Shown one piece after another: positions 8,732 through 16,589 of a DNA stretch of 64,000 bases. The first letter of the stretch is position 1; each line of letters starts with the position of its first letter. A model generated the notes under the pieces. It saw only the letters and a list, made by a program, of their open reading frames with translations, had not been told where the DNA came from and did no database searches. Source of the stretch: a virus (Duplodnaviria; Caudoviricetes); IMG/VR virus record IMGVR_UViG_3300047508_000144, positions 1,751-65,750 of that record; one strand, given 5' to 3'. The position numbers were made by a program, and so were the translations under genes.

Positions 8732-9190
8732 TTCTTGAGTAGCGAGATCGTCCCTGATCTCTTCCTTGATGACCCTTCCTTGCTGGTTCCACGGCTTGAA
8801 CCTGAGCAGGGTCTCGGGATCGAGCTTCGACCAGTCGCCGTCGAAGCATATAGCACGATCGTCGATGGTCAGGAACGCGCTTGGTTTCTCGCTGGCAAAA
8901 GTGACGGCATCCAAGAGTGCCTCCGCGGCTTCCCGCGGGAGTTCGCTGCGGGCGTGGAACTGGAGCCACATCCGCATGGCGGTGAGCGCCTCCGGGTCCT
9001 TGGAACGCGACGAGTAGACCACGAGGGTGAAGAGCCTAGAGGCGCGGTGCAGCCACTCCAAGGCGCCCGGCACCGGCGGATCAGGGATGATCGCCGCGCC
9101 CTTCCAGCCGCTGGTGTAGGAGTGGACCACGCCGTCCCAGTCCACACAAAGGATAGGCTTGTTCGTTCGTTGTTGTGCTTCGAATGTCAT
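8720..9190 (-). CDS. HAD-superfamily hydrolase/phosphatase
   Basis: Motif I CVDWDGV, motif II YSSR, KP...IDDRA. Confidence 0.85.
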   Translation of the reverse strand: MTFEAQQRTNKPILCVDWDGVVHSYTSGWKGAAIIPDPPVPGALEWLHRASRLFTLVVYSSRSKDPEALTAMRMWLQFHARSELPREAAEALLDAVTFASEKPSAFLTIDDRAICFDGDWSKLDPETLLRFKPWNQQGRVIKEEIRDDLATQESVT

Positions 9191-9453
9191 GTTGCTCGGT
9201 CGGGTCTATCGGGCCGGAAGAACCACAGTGCGATCATGCTGAGAAAGACGTACATGGCGGCGCCTTGCAGCGCGCCGCGCCAGCCGCTGGTGAACCAGTA
9301 ATAGGCCACGCAGAACACGAAGCCAATAGCGCTCAGCACGTCGAGGCGCACGAGGTAGAGTTTTCCACGTTCCCAGACGATGACGTTGCTCCAGTCCTCG
9401 AAGCGATCCCAGCCGCGGAGGAACCATGCGGGGATCGGGATGCGTAGATTCAT
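9187..9453 (-). CDS. Small membrane protein (two hydrophobic segments)
   Basis: Two TM-like stretches; ATGA overlap with HAD gene. Confidence 0.55.
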   Translation of the reverse strand: MNLRIPIPAWFLRGWDRFEDWSNVIVWERGKLYLVRLDVLSAIGFVFCVAYYWFTSGWRGALQGAAMYVFLSMIALWFFRPDRPDRAT

Positions 9454-9461
9454 GGCAATAG

Positions 9462-9485
9462 AAAAGGCGGGCTTGCGCCCGCCTT
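9462..9485 (-). terminator. Intrinsic terminator after the PEP-CTERM-like gene
   Basis: AAGGCGGGC-GCAA-GCCCGCCTT followed by a T run on the - strand. Confidence 0.7.
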
Positions 9486-9497
9486 CCTCCTACGTGT

Positions 9498-10169
9498 TTA
9501 CGCTACGAAGCCGTGATCCTGACGACGACGGCGGTAGCGACCAAGGCCAAGCAGCATCATGCTGGCCGCGATCAGTCCCGGCAGCCCGGCGCCGACGATC
9601 GGTCCGGGCACCGCTGCCAGTGTCCCGACGTCGATGCGGTAATGCTCGAAGTCGGTGATGTTGCCGCCGATATCGAGCAGCCTGATGTTCTGGATCAGCT
9701 CACCGTTGACTGCGGAGAACGTGAACCCGGACTGCGCGTTCAAGTCGATCGCGCCAAGACTAAAGGTCTTGATCGGCTCGACGTTACCGAACTGATCGAC
9801 AGCCGTGACAAACGCTGTCACGTCGCCAGAGCCCTTCAAGCTGAACACGTCGGTCAGCGTGTATAGTTGGTTCGTTTCGTTGATGTTCTGGAACACGCTG
9901 AAACCAAGATTGGTAGTGTTCGCAATCTTGATGTCGTTGCCGTTCTGCGCACCGACGAAGTTCGGGTCCAACGACAGGTCGCGGAAGAACACGAACCCTG
10001 TGTGCTGGCCATTAAACGAACCGATGACGAGGTTCGGTGTCAATTGATTGAACACCACGTTGTCGCCGGTACCGCTTAGCTTGGTGTCGAGGATCACGTC
10101 GGCTTTAGTTGGTGCCGCGCTCGCGAGTGAGAGTGCGATGGCGGCTGTCATGAGAAGTAGTTTACTCAT
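9498..10169 (-). CDS. Secreted beta-rich protein with PEP-CTERM-like C-terminal sorting tail
   Basis: N-terminal signal peptide ending TKA-D; C-terminal AVPGPIVGAGLPGL + TM helix + RYRRRR basic cluster. Confidence 0.8.
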   Translation of the reverse strand: MSKLLLMTAAIALSLASAAPTKADVILDTKLSGTGDNVVFNQLTPNLVIGSFNGQHTGFVFFRDLSLDPNFVGAQNGNDIKIANTTNLGFSVFQNINETNQLYTLTDVFSLKGSGDVTAFVTAVDQFGNVEPIKTFSLGAIDLNAQSGFTFSAVNGELIQNIRLLDIGGNITDFEHYRIDVGTLAAVPGPIVGAGLPGLIAASMMLLGLGRYRRRRQDHGFVA

Positions 10170-10428
10170 CAAGTGTCTCCTCTAGAGGTGTTGAGGCTCA
10201 ACACCTCATGCGTACACACTTAGAGGTAGAGGTCTACTGCTAAGCGCGTCTGTCCAAAAAATAACTGTGGTGATCCGGCATCGACGGCGGCACGCGGTAC
10301 AGCGGCAGATCAATGTTGTCGTCTTGGCTCTCTTCATCTTCGTATTCATGCATCGGCTGCGGCTCGCACAGTTCGTCGCGCGGCCCGCGCGCGCCACAGC
10401 GTGCACATTCGTAGGTGGTGTGCATGGT

Positions 10429-11241
10429 TCATCCCTCAGTCCTGACATACTGTGCACTACACCAGCCGTAGATCGCAACAGCGGGCCCGGTGTCTTCGCC
10501 GACGCGGAAGCGCAGCCACTTGGTGGACCCGTTCATGGCTTCGGCAACTACAGTGAGCACGTCGCCGTTCTCGCACTCGCCAATGATCGGTGCAGATGAG
10601 GACGCGGTCGCACGAATGTTGAGCTTGTCACCACTGGCGACGCCGTGGACGGTGCCGCGGGTAGGTGGCTTAGGTGGATCAGGATTGTGGTCGCCACCCT
10701 CTCCCATGCATTGCTGTACGCAATCGATGTAGCTGCCCTTCTTCATGTTGTTGCCCGGGCAGGCGTGATCGGTGTTGGGGTCCTCGTAATGAAACTTGAG
10801 ACGCTCAGGGTCCCAGCCGAAGAACTCGCAGCATACAGCGCTCAGCTGGTGCCCCATCTCCTGCACCTTGGCGCCCATGCCTTCAGTTGCTGATTCAGTC
10901 TCGTAGTCGCCGACATGCTCGAAGCCCAGCATGCTGCCGTTCCAGCTTGGGCTGTGCACGCCCTTGATGTTGGGCGGCGTCATGCACCACCAGCTCTTGC
11001 CATCGATGAAGAAGTGCGGGCCGGCGCTCCAGCCCATGTCGTGCTCGTAGTAGTGCTGGAGGTTCTCCATGCGCTGCGCTGGAGGGACAGAGTGCCACCA
11101 TTGGTGCAACGTCGGAGACGCGGTGTTGTGCACCACGAAGTTGGATGGGCGCCAGCTTGAATAGTTCAGGCCGCGTATGTAGGCGGCGACCTCGTCGATG
11201 GTCTTAAACTCTAAAGCTGGCGCGTTTCCTTTCCAGGTCAT
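10429..11241 (-). CDS. N-acetylmuramoyl-L-alanine amidase (Amidase_2-like) with C-terminal SH3b domain
   Basis: VVHNT, PHFF, GVH, GFEHVG, FH...HACPG zinc-amidase motifs; LNIRATAS...GWCSAQYV SH3b motif. Confidence 0.85.
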   Translation of the reverse strand: MTWKGNAPALEFKTIDEVAAYIRGLNYSSWRPSNFVVHNTASPTLHQWWHSVPPAQRMENLQHYYEHDMGWSAGPHFFIDGKSWWCMTPPNIKGVHSPSWNGSMLGFEHVGDYETESATEGMGAKVQEMGHQLSAVCCEFFGWDPERLKFHYEDPNTDHACPGNNMKKGSYIDCVQQCMGEGGDHNPDPPKPPTRGTVHGVASGDKLNIRATASSSAPIIGECENGDVLTVVAEAMNGSTKWLRFRVGEDTGPAVAIYGWCSAQYVRTEG

Positions 11242-11506
11242 GGATCAGGTCCTCTCCTAGTGCAAACCGGTTACGGATGGCGAGCACGAGGTCGATGCCT
11301 TTGTTGGCCGCCATCCAGTCGGCGTGGATCACGATCTCGGCGAGAGCTTGTGCCAAGGTCTCATCGTCCAGCTTCTCCAACATGGAAAATCCGTTGCGGA
11401 GCGAAAGCGGGCTGGCCGGATTGTGGGGATGCATGAGGTTGGCAAGCCGTAGCTCCTCGAACGTCAGCGGCCCCGGTGGGACAATCGGCTTCGATGGTTG
11501 GGTCAC
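11204..11506 (-). CDS. Degenerate MazG-like helical protein
   Basis: LAQALAEIVIHADWMAANKGIDL..AIRNRF resembles the MazG C-terminal half (ELADV...GIDL..A...KF) but lacks the ExxE motif. Confidence 0.4.
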   Translation of the reverse strand: MTQPSKPIVPPGPLTFEELRLANLMHPHNPASPLSLRNGFSMLEKLDDETLAQALAEIVIHADWMAANKGIDLVLAIRNRFALGEDLIHDLERKRASFRV

Positions 11507-11730
11507 GTGCTTGTCTCCTTGGCGCGGCTTTCCAGTTCTGCGATGCGCAGCGCGATCGTGTCCATGGATATCCTAACATAGCCGGTGATCTTGCGTATAG
11601 CGTTAAGCTCCTGTTCGGCCTTGCCCATCGCTTCCTCACATCCGCGCTCGCGTGCTTTCAGCACGCGCTGCACTTCATTGAGTCCAACAAGTTCTTCTTT
11701 GGCGGCTTTGATCGGATCGAATGCGGTCAT
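11503..11730 (-). CDS. Coiled-coil hypothetical protein (start MTAFDP)
   Basis: Heptad-like pattern; GTGA overlap with next gene. Confidence 0.6.
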   Translation of the reverse strand: MTAFDPIKAAKEELVGLNEVQRVLKARERGCEEAMGKAEQELNAIRKITGYVRISMDTIALRIAELESRAKETST

Positions 11731-11746
11731 GCTGGTTTCTCTTTCA

Positions 11747-11767
11747 GGTGTTACATCATGTAACACT
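11747..11767. repeat. 21-bp palindrome copy 5 (GGTGTTACATCATGTAACACT)
   Basis: Read directly; 1 bp after the stop at 11769. Confidence 0.9.
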
Positions 11768-12332
11768 TTTAATCTGTGTGCGTGATTACCTCATTGATCA
11801 CCAGTGCGATCGTTCGCAGCTTGAGCATGATGTTGGTCTTGTAGGGTCCATCAGGGATCAACGCGCCGATAGCTTGAGCATAGACAGCTGCCGCTGCTTT
11901 AGCAGCCTCAATCCTTTGTTGCTGTTGTTCGGTTGGCGGGGTCACGTGGTGCATCGTGTTGCTCTGCTGCTTCTTCGATGGCTTTGAGCAACGCATCGTT
12001 CGGCGGTTGCCTGCCGTAATCGGTTTCGCGCCACCAGCGCTGCCTGAGCTTGAGCGGTAGCTTACTCCATTGCTCGGGCCGCGGCACTCGGAAGTGTCCA
12101 CGTTGTTCATTCATACGCTTGACCTCACGTAGAGCTTTAATGATCTCACTCATATCGGCTTCGGACAGGTGAAACCCCGGCGAGGCTTGTCCAAGCGCGT
12201 CGTGGGTTTCCAGTCGTTCAAGTAACGACATTCATCGCTCGTCTTCTTCATATCCAAGCAAGTGCCAGACGGTCAGGCCAAGCGTGGCTACGACGATGAC
12301 ACTTGCGATCAAGCCAATCCACCACACGATCG

Positions 12333-12551
12333 TCACTGGATTTGTTTGTTTTTGTCGAACAGTTCGTAGACGTCCTCCGCCAAGTCGACGTAACCCAGTT
12401 CCTCGCCTGCTTTGTCAGTGACGACGAGGTTCTCCACCTGATTAGTGGTAACCCAGCTCCCGGCCGGCAGTCGGTTTAGAATATCCACGAGCTTGGTGGT
12501 CTGGATCGCTTTGCGAACGTTGTTTCGTCCAAAGGGCCAGAGCATGATCAA
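12333..12551 (-). CDS. Hypothetical protein
   Basis: Overlaps the upstream stop; operon orientation. Confidence 0.55.
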   Translation of the reverse strand: MIMLWPFGRNNVRKAIQTTKLVDILNRLPAGSWVTTNQVENLVVTDKAGEELGYVDLAEDVYELFDKNKQIQ

Positions 12552-12787
12552 CCCGTGATGCGCTTGAGTTCATCTGTGAGCGCTTTGAAGCGTTGTTCCA
12601 TCTCAGCGACTGCCTTGCGGAAGTCTTGTTGAATTTGCTCCATGGTGTCGCCGCGCTCGCGGTACTTCTGTGGGGCGAAGCTTTCAACGTTTGGGCTTGG
12701 TGTTCTTGCAGGTGTGGGCAGTCCTTGTAATTCCTGCTCGACGTTGCTCAGAACTTTGCTCATTGGTGTTGTGTCGCGATCGGCCAT
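12548..12787 (-). CDS. Hypothetical protein
   Basis: AAAGGA RBS. Confidence 0.6.
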   Translation of the reverse strand: MADRDTTPMSKVLSNVEQELQGLPTPARTPSPNVESFAPQKYRERGDTMEQIQQDFRKAVAEMEQRFKALTDELKRITG

Positions 12788-13172
12788 GTGTCGGTTCCTT
12801 TGTTGCTGATTTAGCTGCGTTACTCCATGTCGCGTGTGTCGGGTCCCTTGCTGCCAATTGCTTGTTAAACATAATCTCGCCCTTTTGATACCAATTGGTG
12901 CGCAACCAGTCCTGAAGTGTTTTCATCAGCGCTACCACTTCTGGGGTGAGTTGGTCTCGCGTGAGAGGCTGTAAATCCTTCGCGAGCATCAGGCGTTTAT
13001 ACTTGTAATGAATTGGTGTGCGAGGCTGCCATGCCTGTGCTGCCCGGTGCAGCCGTGGAAGCTGGGAGCTGGCTGTCACGCAGTGGATAATTGCGTTGCG
13101 GAGGAGATCGTGCTCATCGGCGATCTCGCGGCAGACAACGTTGAAAAAATGGTCTAGGGGAATCTCAGCCAT
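12684..13172 (-). CDS. Hypothetical protein (start MAEIPL)
   Basis: GAGGGAG RBS before ATG 13172. Confidence 0.55.
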   Translation of the reverse strand: MAEIPLDHFFNVVCREIADEHDLLRNAIIHCVTASSQLPRLHRAAQAWQPRTPIHYKYKRLMLAKDLQPLTRDQLTPEVVALMKTLQDWLRTNWYQKGEIMFNKQLAARDPTHATWSNAAKSATKEPTHGRSRHNTNEQSSEQRRAGITRTAHTCKNTKPKR

Positions 13173-13455
13173 GGTCTGTGCTCCCTCTAAGGAACAGATT
13201 GTGGTCAGGCAAGCCACGAGATGACGCTCTCGTGGCTTGCCGCATTTTTATTATCAGGGGATAGGAGTAAGGTCAAACCAGCATGAGGGCGAGGGCTGGG
13301 CTCACGAGGGCCTCACCATGCCTGAAAACTGGGATGACGACGATCCGCTCAGGTTCTTTCGCGGATTGCGCAACGGGTGCTTGGTCTCGGTTCCAATGTG
13401 GTGCGCGATCATATACGCGATCTGCCGCTTCGGTTTGTTCCACTGGAGTTGATAC

Positions 13456-13671
13456 ATGGATCAGGATTACGCCGCGACCAACGCGGCGGAGCGCGCGGCG
13501 TTCGCCAATGGCCAGCAATCGAGGCAAGGCGAGGTCGATGCTTTACTCGCTGCGCTATGTACGGTGCGCGCGATCCTCAACAGCAACGACAGATACAAGG
13601 CGCGCAGTGCACGGCTCTACCTTCAGGAGGTGTTACATGATGTAACACCTTCTAATTGCGGTACGAGCTAA
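13456..13671 (+). CDS. Hypothetical protein
   Basis: GGAG RBS; follows a small + strand TM ORF. Confidence 0.5.
   Translation: MDQDYAATNAAERAAFANGQQSRQGEVDALLAALCTVRAILNSNDRYKARSARLYLQEVLHDVTPSNCGTS
13629..13649. repeat. 21-bp palindrome copy 6 (GGTGTTACATGATGTAACACC)
   Basis: Read directly; left flank of the putative origin. Confidence 0.92.
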
Positions 13672-13710
13672 GTCATTGATTGAGCGCATTGTTCCGTTGA
13701 TTGAAAAGTC

Positions 13711-14026
13711 TGTGCCGTGAAAAGTTTAATGATATCAACAGTTTGTGCCGTTGTGCCGTTGTGCCGTGCAAAACAGCACCCCCCCCTAATCTTGATTCTG
13801 CCACAATTACTCTACATCCTATATCTTATATTATATTTTATTTACACGTAGTTAAATACAGTACTTGGCAGGGCTCACGGCTCAACCCGTTTGGATACTC
13901 AAAAAAGGGGGGGGGCCTGTTTTGGAGGGGCACAGACGGCACAAAGGCACATGGTATTGAAATCATTGAACTTTTCACGGCACAAGGATTCCCAAACCAC
14001 GGCACATGGCGCCTTTCAACGGCACA
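13711..14026. other. Putative replication origin: long imperfect inverted repeat (13711-13787 / 13906-13984) with TGTGCC iterons around an AT-rich core
   Basis: Arms align as reverse complements; about 10 TGTGCC/GGCACA units; AT-rich centre in an otherwise GC-rich genome; non-coding. Confidence 0.7.
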
Positions 14027-14104
14027 AAAAGAGCGTACATGGTAGCGCGTTGTAAGCGTTAACGCTAAAATCAGCCATCTGTTAGCATATGCTAATGCGA
14101 GATA

Positions 14105-14125
14105 GGTGTTACATTATGTAACACC
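14105..14125. repeat. 21-bp palindrome copy 7 (GGTGTTACATTATGTAACACC; arms extend to 14102-14128)
   Basis: Read directly; right flank of the putative origin. Confidence 0.92.
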
Positions 14126-14242
14126 TATTGGTATGGTGTACTGTAAACTTCCTTGTATTTAGATACCGTCGTTTTGCGTCACGTGCTAGCGCATTGGATT
14201 AGGTGACGGCGCGCCGCTCGCCCCTTGGCATAGGCGAGACGC

Positions 14243-14306
14243 AAAAAACCCCGCGCGGCTTTCGCCGCGCGAGGCATAAAAAAACCCCGCGGCTTTCGCC
14301 GCGGGG
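14243..14306 (-). terminator. Tandem intrinsic terminators
   Basis: Two GC stems closed by GAAA loops (14278-14306, 14243-14274), each followed by T6-7 on the - strand. Confidence 0.88.
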
Positions 14307-14324
14307 CAGTAGGCTAGGCTAGGC

Positions 14325-14978
14325 TTAGCGCGGAGCGTTGGCCAGCCAATCGCGCCACTCGGAACCACGATCGCCGACAAGCTTCGCGGCATACTTTTTC
14401 TGGATTGCCTTCATCGACAGGACAAGGCGATTCAGCGCGTCGAAAGCGTCGACGTCGTCCGGAGGATTGATAATCTCATCGGCCTTGATCAAGCGCTGCT
14501 CGTGCGCTTCCTTCTCCGCCTTGACTTGCTCCGCCTTAACGGCAGTCTCCGCCTTGGCCTCTGTGATCCCGGCCATACGCTTTGCCCGGGAGACTAGGAC
14601 GCGCACTGCGGTCATAACCCGCTCTTGCTCCGCCGTACGGTTGTCGTCCGTGTTCTTGGCAGGGTTAAGCTGATTGTACTTTTTCAAGCCAATCACTCGC
14701 CTTGCCTCATCCCGGGCATAGCTAAGCTTCCGGACGAAATAGCCTTCCGTCAAAGCTTGGACCATGTCGCCGATAACCTTGTCGTTCGCCTTGAACGTGG
14801 TGAAGGCGACGGTCAAGGCGCCGTCCTGCCCTGCCATGGTCTGCCCATACTCAAAGGCAATGTCGATAGCTTGGGCTGGCGTCATGGCCGTTGAACCATT
14901 GGCCTTAGCCTTAGCCTTGCCATTGGCCTTGGACACAACGGGAGCAACGGGAGTCACGATCGATTGAACGTTAGTCAT
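14325..14978 (-). CDS. Monocistronic basic helical protein, 217 aa, function unknown
   Basis: Own promoter upstream, double terminator downstream; Ala/Lys-rich. Confidence 0.8.
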   Translation of the reverse strand: MTNVQSIVTPVAPVVSKANGKAKAKANGSTAMTPAQAIDIAFEYGQTMAGQDGALTVAFTTFKANDKVIGDMVQALTEGYFVRKLSYARDEARRVIGLKKYNQLNPAKNTDDNRTAEQERVMTAVRVLVSRAKRMAGITEAKAETAVKAEQVKAEKEAHEQRLIKADEIINPPDDVDAFDALNRLVLSMKAIQKKYAAKLVGDRGSEWRDWLANAPR

Positions 14979-15037
14979 GGTGTCAGTCACTTTCTGCCCT
15001 ATGGGGCGTTGCACTGGCATCCCGTGCCAGCAAACAA

Positions 15038-15067
15038 ACAATAGCACGGTACACAGCTTGATGTCAA
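15038..15067 (-). promoter_or_regulatory. Sigma70-type promoter TTGACA-N18-TATTGT with extended -10 TG
   Basis: Perfect -35 and TGnTATTGT upstream of 14978. Confidence 0.7.
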
Positions 15068-15073
15068 ATCAGA

Positions 15074-15094
15074 GGTATTACATGATGTAACACC
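15074..15094. repeat. 21-bp palindrome copy 8 (GGTATTACATGATGTAACACC)
   Basis: Read directly; 6 bp upstream of the -35 box. Confidence 0.88.
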
Positions 15095-15339
15095 TCATTC
15101 CACTCCCCCCTACCCTATGGAAGAATTCTTATCGGGCAGAGTAAGGGCACCAAGGGGATCGCTCGCAGGTGCCTGCGCACCCTTGCCCATCGCCCAGATA
15201 TTTTTCCTGAAAATCCCTCAAATCATCCTATACACCAGTACACAGCTTACACTGCAAGGCCAAATGGCGAAAAAAGATTTTTGTGCCTCGTAAGAGAAAA
15301 TTTTTCTAAATTCCCGACCCCCACTAAGATTTAACCAAG

Positions 15340-15368
15340 TTTACCACGCGCACCCTCCGTGCTATAAA
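15340..15368 (+). promoter_or_regulatory. Putative promoter of the virion arm, TTTACC-N17-TATAAA
   Basis: TGcTATAAA extended -10 ends 7 nt before the terS ATG; no SD sequence. Confidence 0.5.
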
Positions 15369-15375
15369 GCAACAC

Positions 15376-15831
15376 ATGAGCGCTAACCTCCCTGCTCAGT
15401 TCATGGACTTGACGGCTGATCCTGCCACGCTGGGTTGGCCGCCCTCTTTGCCGCTGGAACTCGCGCTCGCGCAGCAGCCGGTCAAGGACATTTGCCAGGC
15501 GTACGGCATCGACAAGTTCGAGTACGAGCGCCTGCGAGCTGATCCCGGCTTCCGCCGCGCGGTCGCCGAAGCGACCGAGACCCTCAAGGAAGACGGTGCG
15601 TCGTTCAAGCTCAAGGCGCGCGCCCAGTCGGAGGAGCTGCTCAAGACCTCCTGGGCTCTCATACACAAACCCCTGGATGAGGTCTCCGCGTCGGTGAAGG
15701 CTCAGCTCATCATGTTCACCGTTCGCTGCGCCGGCCTCGACGCCAGCGTCGAGCAGAAGGCCCGGGCCCAAGCCAATGCTTCCGCCGCAGCAGTTGCCGG
15801 GCTGACGATCAACCTGCACTTGGGTGATTAA
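15376..15831 (+). CDS. Putative terminase small subunit
   Basis: First gene of the virion arm; N-terminal HTH-like region; C-terminal LTINLHLG beta strand typical of terS. Confidence 0.65.
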   Translation: MSANLPAQFMDLTADPATLGWPPSLPLELALAQQPVKDICQAYGIDKFEYERLRADPGFRRAVAEATETLKEDGASFKLKARAQSEELLKTSWALIHKPLDEVSASVKAQLIMFTVRCAGLDASVEQKARAQANASAAAVAGLTINLHLGD

Positions 15832-15876
15832 ACACAAGCATGGTATACCCGACGTCTAGCAACGTCAGGTGATGCC

Positions 15877-16326
15877 ATGGGTGTGCTGGAAGAAGGCGTG
15901 AAGACTGCGGGCGGCGTGGTCGACGCGCTCCGCGCTAACCCGCTGGCGCTGGCCAACATCGTCCTCAACATCGCGTTTCTCATCTTCCTGTTCTATTACG
16001 TGTCGATCATCGCGACCCGCGCCGAGAAGACCGTGAAAGAACTGTTCACTGCGCAGGATAGTGTCTTCAAGCAGTGGGGCGTCATCGTCAAAGACCAGCA
16101 GAGCCTGACCGAAAAGGTTATGCATTGCATCCTGCCGGAGGATGCGATCAAACTCTTGCAGGCGCCGCCGCGGGTACAGCCCCAGAGCTGGCCACCGTTT
16201 TCAGTTCCGCGAATCACGCCACTACAGTTCTGGCCGCCAGTGCCTCCGGCTTTGCCGGACCTGAAGCCTGAAGCGAAGCCCGAAGAGCCAAAACCGCTGG
16301 AGCCGTCACAGCCGGAGGCCAAATGA
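15877..16326 (+). CDS. Single-pass membrane protein with Pro-rich tail (possible lysis accessory)
   Basis: Hydrophobic LALANIVLNIAFLIFLFYYVSII; paralogous to 18947..19171. Confidence 0.65.
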   Translation: MGVLEEGVKTAGGVVDALRANPLALANIVLNIAFLIFLFYYVSIIATRAEKTVKELFTAQDSVFKQWGVIVKDQQSLTEKVMHCILPEDAIKLLQAPPRVQPQSWPPFSVPRITPLQFWPPVPPALPDLKPEAKPEEPKPLEPSQPEAK

Positions 16327-16589
16327 CCGACACACCTGGCAATCGACAGGTATCCGCATCGGCCTCATCGTCGGCGAGCATCTCGACGTCCTCCCACCCC
16401 CAAGCTCGATCTGAAATGCGCACGGTCGGCGCGCCGGTCGAGTACAAGGTGGTCGACCATCCCTGGTCCCCCATGGAACCCGACAACACCGAGGCGACGC
16501 TGACCGAGATTGGTCTTGAGGGTTGGCGGTTGGTCACCGTCTATCCGGACCGGCAGCGTGAGAAGACCCGCTGGATTTTCTCAAGATGA
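16323..16589 (+). CDS. Small DUF4177-like protein
   Basis: EYKVV...L...[10 protein letters not shown] pattern; same domain repeated at the N-terminus of the next gene. Confidence 0.55.
   Translation: MTDTPGNRQVSASASSSASISTSSHPQARSEMRTVGAPVEYKVVDHPWSPMEPDNTEATLTEIGLEGWRLVTVYPDRQREKTRWIFSR

Noticed and set aside
13701-14045. 114-aa ORF across the inverted repeat
   Set aside because: TTG start, atypical composition, homopolymer runs; better explained as non-coding origin-like DNA
1438-15094. 21-bp palindromes as a CRISPR array or integron attC sites
   Set aside because: Spacing is irregular (0.5-3 kb), there are no uniform spacers, no cas operon or integron integrase, and the sites are too short for attC
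15331-15345. CtrA-binding site upstream of terS
   Set aside because: Only a TTAACC half-site; spacing does not fit TTAA-N7-TTAA
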